Below are positions 28,624-35,536 of a stretch of 64,000 nt of DNA, in pieces. Position numbers and translations under genes: made by a program. Position 1 is the first letter of the stretch; every line of letters begins with the position of its first letter. The notes below the pieces were generated by a model. The model had not been told where the DNA came from and searched no databases. It saw only the letters and a list, made by a program, of their open reading frames with translations. This DNA is from an uncultured Chloroflexia bacterium (lineage in GTDB: Bacteria > Chloroflexota > Limnocylindria > Limnocylindrales > CSP1-4): contig CAVZML010000010.1 in assembly GCA_963776395.1 (NCBI GenBank), forward strand, positions 35,504 to 99,503. Reading direction: 5' to 3'.

Positions 28624-29141
28624 GCTTCATACGCTTGGCGGAGTCGTTCGAGTCCGTAGTGCAGACGGGACTTGACGGTCCCCTGCCGGATGCCGATCCG
28701 CTCGGCGATCTGTTCGACGGTGAGGTCCTCGTAGAACCGCAGGAAGAGGACCACCCGATGCTCAGGTTTCAGCTGCCAGAGGGCGGTCCGCAGGGACTCC
28801 CTGTGGACGATGCCGTCATCGACGCCCCCGCCATCGCCGGTGGCGAGCCGCAGGGCCCCCACCACGGTCCGGTCGCGCGCCCGCTTCCGCAGGCGCGAGA
28901 TGGACGTGTTGACGGTGATGCGATGCAGCCAGGACGCGGCTTTGGCCGGGTCCCGCAGTCGCGGCAGCTGGCGCCACGCCGCGATGAACGCATCCTGGGT
29001 GGCGTCACGCGCCTCGTCTGCGTCGCCCAGGATCGCGACCGCGACCCTGAAGGACTCGTCGAGGTGGTCCGCCATCAGGTCCTCGAACGCCTCGCTCTCA
29101 CGATGGGCGGTCGCCACCAGGTCTCGTGCGATCTCCTTCAC
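28620..29141 (-). CDS. ECF-type RNA polymerase sigma-70 family factor
   Basis: Region 2 reads DATQDAFIAAWRQL...WLHRITVN. Region 4 reads LTVEQIAERIGIRQGTVKSRLHYGLERLR. Confidence 0.85.
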   Translation of the reverse strand: MKEIARDLVATAHRESEAFEDLMADHLDESFRVAVAILGDADEARDATQDAFIAAWRQLPRLRDPAKAASWLHRITVNTSISRLRKRARDRTVVGALRLATGDGGGVDDGIVHRESLRTALWQLKPEHRVVLFLRFYEDLTVEQIAERIGIRQGTVKSRLHYGLERLRQAYEA

Positions 29142-29237
29142 CTCTCACCTGACCTCCGGCACAAGACGCGTGTCGTTGGGTGAAACGTTCACGGTCCCGC
29201 GCAGAAGTTCGGCTGCAGGTCCGGGGGTGGTGACTTG

Positions 29238-29698
29238 TTACCCCGCGATCTTGAACGCCCGCTCCCGGCGTAGCCCGAACCGGTACACAGCGAAGTCGGC
29301 ATCGAATGTGGCCGCCCGCAGAACGCCGAGCCGCTCCCTGACGGCGAGGCCGGTCCGATCGACGATAGAGAAATCCTGATCGGGAAAGGCCTGACCGATC
29401 GACCAGGCGACCTCCAGATCGGCCGTCCCGACCGGCTCGAGCGACGCATCTCTTCCCGGATGGCCGCCCAGATACGTTCCGCCGCCGTCCGACCCAACCG
29501 ATGACGGATGAGGAGCCATGACTCGATCAGCACACGGTCGCTGGTGATCACGTCCTCTACGGACGACGGGACGACCTTCGCGCGACGGTGGCTGCTATCT
29601 CCCAGGTCGGCCGCGGCAGAAAGGTTGATGCCAGCCCGGTCCAGGACGCGGTCGATCGCCGCCAGCTCAGCCCCGCGCCCCATCACGTCCTGAGGCAT
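29238..29698 (-). pseudogene. PIN-domain (VapC-like) gene with a frameshift near 29460; no intact antitoxin upstream
   Basis: The N-terminal part ...VITSDRVLIESWLLIRHRLGRTAAERIWAAIRE comes from ORF 29189..29698. The C-terminal part ADLEVAWSIGQAFPDQDFSIVDRTGLAVRERLGVLRAATFDADFAVYRF comes from ORF 29238..29519, in another frame. Confidence 0.6.
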
Positions 29699-29904
29699 TC
29701 TTCAGCTCCCGTCGGCGATCGTAACCGCGGACTCCGTCCGTGCCAATGGGGGAACCAGGCCGCCCGATCTTCGGCTGGCGAGCCGAGAGCGATTGGCCCG
29801 GCCCGATGCGTGGTTACCGTCGCTCGGTAAACATGCGAAGGCATCTCGAGGCCCGGTCGAGGCAGGTGGTCCGGTGGAGTTCACCCTGCCCAAGTCGCTT
29901 AGGA

Positions 29905-30140
29905 CGAACTCCGGCGAGTCGCGCTTGTGTTCCCGCTACTCCCAAACTGACGTCCAAAGCGCTTCATGGACGGGGCTGGCCGTTGGCGACGAACCATCTC
30001 GAATCGCACGATGTTGTAGCGGTAGCGGTGGATCGTCGAGGGCTTCATCCCTCAAGCCCGAGGTCGTCGAGGAACGACTGCTAGACTTCCGCGAACGGCG
30101 TCACGGGATCTGCGGGCTTGTCCGTATCGAGGCTCCGAGT
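29905..30140 (-). pseudogene. remnant of a tyrosine recombinase/integrase N-terminal (SAM-like) domain
   Basis: My own translation gives PFAEV-TAG-QSFLDDLGLEG, then a frameshift to MKPSTIHRYRYNIVRFEMV. The catalytic domain is absent. It lies directly 5' of tRNA-Gly. Confidence 0.5.
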
Positions 30141-30245
30141 GCCTCGGCTGACCTGTCGGGTCCCCTTGTCGCCGTTGGCTGAAGGAACCTCGGCGGGGTC
30201 GACTAACCGTCAACCCCATCAGATTCCTCGTCGCCGTTGCCTCGG

Positions 30246-30321
30246 GCGGGAGTAGCTCAGTTGGCAGAGCGGCAGCCTTCCAAGCTGCATGTCGCGGGTT
30301 CGAACCCCGTCTCCCGCTCCA
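30246..30321 (+). tRNA. tRNA-Gly (anticodon UCC), CCA encoded
   Basis: Hand-folded cloverleaf. Acceptor GCGGGAG/CTCCCGC. D arm GCTC-AGTTGGCA-GAGC. Anticodon stem GCAGC/GCTGC with loop CTTCCAA. T arm GCGGG-TTCGAAC-CCCGT. Discriminator T followed by CCA. Confidence 0.9.
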
Positions 30322-30505
30322 ACCCACCAGTTCGTGCGTGACGCGAGCGAACAATTGCCATTGACGCCCCCAGTCGAGGTTCACGTCGTCGAGCTGCGGA
30401 GGCGCAGGCGGTCCTCATCCCGTGGCTTCGCCGGATGGAGTGGCAGCGCTCGGCCCCGCGCCCGGCGTCGCCTGCCCCGGCGCTGTCCCCAGGGCACTGG
30501 GGTTC

Positions 30506-30655
30506 ATGGTCGCGCCGGAGCCGCAACAGTGGGTCGGCTGCGCCGCGCACTGGCCGTGTACGCCCCACCCGTACGATCCCAGCCTGGTCCTGTACACCCG
30601 GCCCGATCCCGACCCGGATGACCCGCAGCCGCCGGAGGACGATCTGCCCTTCTGA
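30506..30655 (+). CDS. possible small Cys/Pro/Asp-rich protein (49 aa)
   Basis: Sequence MVAPEPQQWVGCAAHWPCTPHPYDPSLVLYTRPDPDPDDPQPPEDDLPF. Hand-counted GC3 is about 88%. The start is uncertain; the ORF opens at 30422. Confidence 0.35.
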   Translation: MVAPEPQQWVGCAAHWPCTPHPYDPSLVLYTRPDPDPDDPQPPEDDLPF

Positions 30656-30679
30656 CATCCGGCCCTTGCACCGCCGTCC

Positions 30680-30685
30680 TAGGAT
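30680..30685 (+). promoter_or_regulatory. -10-like TAGGAT 6 nt before the ATG at 30692 (leaderless-type)
   Basis: The sequence reads TAGGAT gggcgc ATG. Confidence 0.4.
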
Positions 30686-30691
30686 GGGCGC

Positions 30692-30955
30692 ATGAAGCAC
30701 GCGACGCCCGCCTACGGGTGGACGCGGATCATTCTGTCCATTGGCTTCTTCTTCACAGCGGTCGTCGTCCTCGGCGTCGGTCCACTGACGGCGGTGTGTT
30801 TCGGCTGCGACTACCCGGAAGTGTTTGGCTTGCCCTCGAACGTCGTGCTGGCCGCATTGGCGGTCGGGCTCGCGGTGTTCGGCCTCGTCTGGATGCTCCG
30901 CATCTTCCGGGGACCGCGCGACGAGCCGCCCGCTTGGCGGCATCGCGACCACTGA
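30692..30955 (+). CDS. hypothetical two-TM membrane protein
   Basis: Sequence MKHATPAYGWTRIILSIGFFFTAVVVLGVGPL...VVLAALAVGLAVFGLVWMLRIF. High GC3. Confidence 0.6.
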   Translation: MKHATPAYGWTRIILSIGFFFTAVVVLGVGPLTAVCFGCDYPEVFGLPSNVVLAALAVGLAVFGLVWMLRIFRGPRDEPPAWRHRDH

Positions 30956-30964
30956 CGGCCGAGG

Positions 30965-31228
30965 ATGAGGCGATCCGGGGAGGGTGAGCCGGGCGTGGAG
31001 CTTCGCCCGCCCGCAGACTGGTTCACCGCCGAGGCATTCCCCGATCCGGCCGTGCGACGGAACCTGCTCCGGCACGAACCGCCAGACCCGAACGAGACGC
31101 CCGAGGAACGGATGGCTCGCGGCTGGCGCATACACAACGCCCGGGTGCACTGCCTCATTGGCGAGCCGCGCCAGCTTGATAGGTGTCGCTGCCGTCCTCA
31201 CTTCGCGACTGCTGAAACGCCGCTCTGA
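30965..31228 (+). CDS. hypothetical protein
   Basis: 87-aa ORF with a natural-looking sequence (ELRPPADWFTAEAFPDPAVRRNLLRHEPPDPNETPEERMARGWRIHNARVH). GC3 is about 80% by hand count. Confidence 0.4.
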   Translation: MRRSGEGEPGVELRPPADWFTAEAFPDPAVRRNLLRHEPPDPNETPEERMARGWRIHNARVHCLIGEPRQLDRCRCRPHFATAETPL

Positions 31229-31436
31229 ACCTGCTACCGTGGCGTAGCCGGTTCGCTCGCCAACGTCTGAACCTCGCCCCGCTCGGCACCTGGTGCTCCA
31301 GCCCCGCGGAGAAGAGCCATACGCCGGCGTCTCTGGCCTCCCGGGCCACCGCTTGGGCGGCCCTGGCCACGTCGGGCAGCTCCTCCTCGGGGAAGGTCAT
31401 CGCGCCGTCATCGAACGCGATCATGTACTGCGTCAT
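31155..31436 (-). pseudogene. truncated YciI/DGPF-family paralog
   Basis: MTQYMIAFDDGAMTFPEEELPDVARAAQAVAREARDAGVWLFSAGLEHQ matches the first ~50 aa of the family. The reading then degenerates and the DGP..KE core is missing. Confidence 0.5.
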
Positions 31437-31536
31437 CGCGGATCGTCTCCTTTCGTCTCCTGGCCGCCCATTCGGACGTTTCCCATCCTTCCTGCGAACA
31501 CCGCCGCCCGATCCGACACCGCCTCCCGGGCGTCGG

Positions 31537-31869
31537 TCACGCCGTACCCAGGAACGGGCGCACCTCGAGCTTCCGGTTGCAGGCCCTCGACCCCTCGGCC
31601 GCGAGCCTGAGCGCCACGTCGAGGTCGGGGGCCTCGATGATCCAGAAGCCGGCGAGGTACTCCTTCGACTCCAGGTAGGGCCCGTCGGTGAACACGGCCT
31701 CCCCACCCCGGTTGTCGATGACGGTGGCCGTGCTCGGCAACCCGAGGCCGCCGGCGAAGACCCAGTGGCCCTCGACCTTGAGCCGGTCGTTGAACACGTC
31801 GATGGCAGCCATCTCGTCCGGGGTGGCGAGGCCGGCCGTGTCCTCGATCACGGAAACCAGGTACTGCAT
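31537..31869 (-). CDS. YciI-family (DGPF domain) protein
   Basis: Sequence MQYLVSVIEDTAG...VFTDGPYLESKEYLAGFWIIEAPDLDVALRLAAEGSRACNRKLEVRPF. Confidence 0.8.
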   Translation of the reverse strand: MQYLVSVIEDTAGLATPDEMAAIDVFNDRLKVEGHWVFAGGLGLPSTATVIDNRGGEAVFTDGPYLESKEYLAGFWIIEAPDLDVALRLAAEGSRACNRKLEVRPFLGTA

Positions 31870-32978
31870 CGCGGATCATCTCCCGTTGGGTCGCGTCGCC
31901 TCTCGTGGGCGGCCGATCACCCCTGCTACGAACGATTCCGCGCCGATCCGACACCGCCTCCCGGTGTTTCCAGGAACTTGGCTCGAGCGTTGGGATACCT
32001 ACGCTGGAACCCGGAGCCACCCAAGGCCACTGGCATCGTGCGCGCAGCGCGGGGCCATCGGGGCGCACCGCCACCGCCACCCCCCGGCCGGCATGGTCCG
32101 GCGCGGTTTGCCGGCAAATCGGGACTTTTGATGCAGACGTGGATCGGCTGGCACTGTAGGTTCCGCTGACTTCTGCTCACGCCAATGGGCAGGGGCGGCG
32201 TTCCGATCGGAGGCGGTCCGGCCGTAAGTGCCCCTTGGGCCGGGCCGCGCTCCGGTCCCGGACGGCGACCCCCGCTCTCGCCTGCCGATCACGATGAAAG
32301 CCCGGTCCCGCGTCAAGCCCCGTTGATCGGACACGCCCAGGCATCCGGCGACGACGATGTCACAGGCGGTCCTCCCGTCCATCTCAGGCGCGAACAGCTC
32401 CCACGCGCACGGGCGCGCCCCGGGGACGGTCTCCGCCCGGCTGCCGGCACCGCGATCCTGGCCAGCTGCCGACCGGCTTACGAAGGTACCGCCGCAGGTG
32501 CGAGGGCCCGGTGCGCTCGGGCACCGTTCTCCGCGGGTTCACCAGCCCGAATGGGACTTATGTTGCATTCCTGCGTCGGGACGCCAAGTACGTTCGATTG
32601 ACCGCCACCAACGCCAATCGGCACGAGCCGGCGGTCCTACCAGAGGTGGTCCGGCCGCGAGTGCCCATGCGCTGGCCGCGCACCCGTGTCGCCAAATGGA
32701 TGCAGGCGACCGCCGGGCCCTGGTCTCCGGATCGATGTGATCCCCGGACGAAGCGTCTGCCGTGTTCGCGCTCCGCTCGGAGTCCGGGTCACCAGGGACT
32801 CACGCCTCGCTCCCATTCCGCTCGATGCGGTGGCCGTATCGACCTCCTTCAGCCTCGCTGCGCGGCAGCGGCTGTCGGCATCGGTCGTGGAACGGATCAC
32901 CGATTGACGCGTGGGGACGACGCCCCGGAACCCGAGTGCCGACCTATCGCAAGCCATCATTCCAAGGGAGTCTTCCCA

Positions 32979-33521
32979 ATGCGCAAGCGCCTCGCAATCC
33001 TCCTCGCCCTCTGCCTGAGCACAGTCATGGCTGTCGGTGTCATCGGATCCGGTGCCCAGTTCACGTTCGAAGGCACTGCGGTCCAGAAGACCACGGTCGA
33101 AGTTCTCCACTTCACGCTCAGTTCGACTACGCCCGGCGCCACCGTTGTGGGCGACACGGTGACATGCCCGTGGAAGGGCATCAAGGTTTCCCAGACGTGG
33201 GATCCAGCCGACCAGATCACCTGCAACGTCACCGTTACCAACACTGGCACAATGGCTCCAGAGAACCTCAGCGTGCTGGTTACGGGCGTTGCCGAATTGC
33301 CGATGAACGTGGGCGCGTTCGCCATTAGTGAGGCAACGCTGCATCCCACGCCGCTCGCGCTCACTGGTGCCCTCCAGCCCGTCAAGACCCTCCTCGCTCC
33401 CATCGCGAACGTCAACTCATTCGACTTCGTGATGAGCTGGGGCGTCTATACGCCCGAGTTGACCAACAGCGACATGGGCCGTGGCCTGACGGTCACGTAC
33501 CAGATCAACTCCGCGCAGTAA
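32979..33521 (+). CDS. TasA/camelysin-like exported protein with a SipW-cognate-type signal peptide
   Basis: AAGGGAG RBS, ATG at 32979. Sequence MRKRLAILLALCLSTVMAVGVIGSGAQFTFEG is followed by a ~150-aa beta-rich domain. It lies immediately upstream of a SipW-type peptidase. Confidence 0.55.
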   Translation: MRKRLAILLALCLSTVMAVGVIGSGAQFTFEGTAVQKTTVEVLHFTLSSTTPGATVVGDTVTCPWKGIKVSQTWDPADQITCNVTVTNTGTMAPENLSVLVTGVAELPMNVGAFAISEATLHPTPLALTGALQPVKTLLAPIANVNSFDFVMSWGVYTPELTNSDMGRGLTVTYQINSAQ

Positions 33522-33581
33522 CAGAGCCTCTCGTCCATGGGCGGCGTGAGGGGGCGCCGCCCAATCCCATCTGAGGCAGCC

Positions 33582-34013
33582 ATGGTTCGCCGCGCCGCCC
33601 GCATCACGATCGACATCGCACTCATCGCTGCCGTCCTGGTGGCAGGCTTCATCGCCTACGGGCTGGTCGGAAACCGCTGGTACCACATCGTCTCCATCGC
33701 CTCCGGCTCGATGGAGCCCGCCCTTGCCACCGGCTCTCTCGCGGTGATCACGCCTCCGCCCGAGCACCTCCAACCAGGCATGGTCATCACCTTCGTCGGT
33801 GACGGGCGCCTCGTCACTCACCGCGTCGTCGAGGTCAGGCCTGATGGCTTTCCGGTCACCCAGGGGGATGCCAACAACACCCCCGACAAGTTCGGCAGCG
33901 TGACCGTCGTCGGACAGGTCGTCTTCACCATCCCACTGCTTGGGTTCGTCCTGCCCCAGGCCTCGCCTCCGGCGCCATCTTCAGCGAGGCGCGTACGGGA
34001 TCGCAGCGGGTGA
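33582..34013 (+). CDS. sipW: signal peptidase I, SipW/archaeal-ER type (S26B)
   Basis: N-terminal TM, then the Ser motif ASGSMEPAL, the His motif [17 protein letters not shown] and the IPLLGFV tail. ATG at 33582 after GAGG. Confidence 0.8.
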   Translation: MVRRAARITIDIALIAAVLVAGFIAYGLVGNRWYHIVSIASGSMEPALATGSLAVITPPPEHLQPGMVITFVGDGRLVTHRVVEVRPDGFPVTQGDANNTPDKFGSVTVVGQVVFTIPLLGFVLPQASPPAPSSARRVRDRSG

Positions 34014-34705
34014 GCGTCGCTGACGCGTGGGCGACGCCTGCTCCGACGCCGGCTTCCACGCAGCCGTCCACACCGGCCGAGTGCGCGGGAATGGCCTTCG
34101 ACCAGGTGATCGTCGGCACCGCGGGTGACGACGTCCTCTCCGCCGGCAACGGCGGGTCGCTCGTCTTCGGCCTCGGCGGCAACGACACGCTGAACGGTGG
34201 AAACGGCAAGGACTGCCTCGTCGGCGAGGGTGGCATCGACATCCTGGTCGGCGGCAACGGCAAGGACGTCCTGCTCGGTGGCGAGGGCAACGACACGCTC
34301 TACGGTGGCGGCGACGACGACGTGATCGAGGGTGGCAACGGCAGGGACCGCCTGGACGGCGGCGACGGGACCGACGCCTGCTACGGCAACCGCAAGGATG
34401 CGTTCACGGGCTGCGAGGTCGTCTCGACCGACGGTTCCGCACCCAGCGCAAAGACGCCGATCACCGCCACGCCGCCCCTGACCCCCGTCCCGACCGCCGA
34501 TCCGACCGCACAGCCGACGGCCGATCCGATGCCGGATCCGACCGCCCTGCCGGCACCCGCCGAGACACCGCTCGTCATGACACCGGCGCCGTCCGACGCA
34601 GGCGCGTCTCCCGCGCCCAACGTGACGCCGTCGCCCGAGATTGCCCTGGCGCCGACGCCGACGCCGACGCCTGCTCAGACGCCCGACCCGATGCGCACTC
34701 CCTGA
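34010..34705 (+). CDS. RTX-type Ca-binding repeat protein with a long Pro/Thr/Ala-rich C-terminal tail
   Basis: About eight GGxGxD nonapeptide repeats ([87 protein letters not shown]). Then roughly 90 aa of P/T/A-rich sequence. The GTG start overlaps the sipW stop. No obvious signal peptide. Confidence 0.7.
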   Translation: MSVADAWATPAPTPASTQPSTPAECAGMAFDQVIVGTAGDDVLSAGNGGSLVFGLGGNDTLNGGNGKDCLVGEGGIDILVGGNGKDVLLGGEGNDTLYGGGDDDVIEGGNGRDRLDGGDGTDACYGNRKDAFTGCEVVSTDGSAPSAKTPITATPPLTPVPTADPTAQPTADPMPDPTALPAPAETPLVMTPAPSDAGASPAPNVTPSPEIALAPTPTPTPAQTPDPMRTP

Positions 34706-34804
34706 GAGGTACCGGGAGCCTCGATCACCTCCCGGGGCGTGTGAAGCGCCTCCACGCGGGCGTTCGCGTGCAGTACGATCCGAGGGATCCCCACGAGGAC
34801 CCTC

Positions 34805-35506
34805 ATGGCCGCGATCGAATCGATTGGTAGCCATCTCGGCCGGCTGCTGCCCGATGCCGGGTACGGCACGCTGCGTCGCCTGGAAGCGGGAGCCCGGCAA
34901 GAGACCTTCTGCCGCCGCGACATCCTGCGCTCCAGGGGGATCGCGCTGCCTCCCTTCCTTGTCCTCGACGGGCACGTCATCGATCGTCGGGTCGCCGAGA
35001 CGGGACAGGTATACGCCGCCCTGATCGCCGGGCCGGGCTATCTCGGCGGACTCCGATCGATCAGCGATCCGGACGCGGAGGCGTTCTACGAGCTGGCCGC
35101 CCTCACCGACGGAACCTGGGCGACATGGGATCCGCGATTCGTGCGTGGGCTCGCGCAGGGTGACGCCGGGCTGGCCGTCGGCCTCCTCGACCAGTCAGCG
35201 GAGTTCGCGGCGATCCTGAACATCAGGCTCGATGAGCGGTCATTCGAGACCGCGCGCCAGCGGATGGCAGCCATCCTGACCCGGTATGGCAGGCTGATCT
35301 TCGACACACCACACCCGGTCGCCCGCCGAGCCGACCTGGCGGCCATGATCGGCACCAGCCGCGTCATGATGGGGCGTGCGCTTCGTGAGCTGGAAGCCGA
35401 GGGTCTCGTGAAGCGGGACCATGGCGGCGGGATCCGCATCCTCGATGCGGCGCGCCTGGCCAACCTCGTTACCGTGGCCACTCCGCAGGGAGCCCCCACC
35501 CTCTGA
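34805..35506 (+). CDS. Crp/Fnr-family transcriptional regulator
   Basis: cNMP-like N-terminal domain. C-terminal HTH reads RADLAAMIGTSRVMMGRALRELEAEGLV. TACGAT -10-like box at 34774-34779. Confidence 0.7.
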   Translation: MAAIESIGSHLGRLLPDAGYGTLRRLEAGARQETFCRRDILRSRGIALPPFLVLDGHVIDRRVAETGQVYAALIAGPGYLGGLRSISDPDAEAFYELAALTDGTWATWDPRFVRGLAQGDAGLAVGLLDQSAEFAAILNIRLDERSFETARQRMAAILTRYGRLIFDTPHPVARRADLAAMIGTSRVMMGRALRELEAEGLVKRDHGGGIRILDAARLANLVTVATPQGAPTL

Positions 35507-35536
35507 TCTCGGGCCGGACAGGGCCGCGGAGGAGCG

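Noticed and set aside
34010-34705. RTX toxin exported by a type I secretion system
   Set aside because: No ABC/MFP/TolC-type genes are nearby, and the organism looks monoderm. The protein has only a short repeat block plus a Pro/Thr tail, so it is more likely a Ca-binding surface or matrix component.
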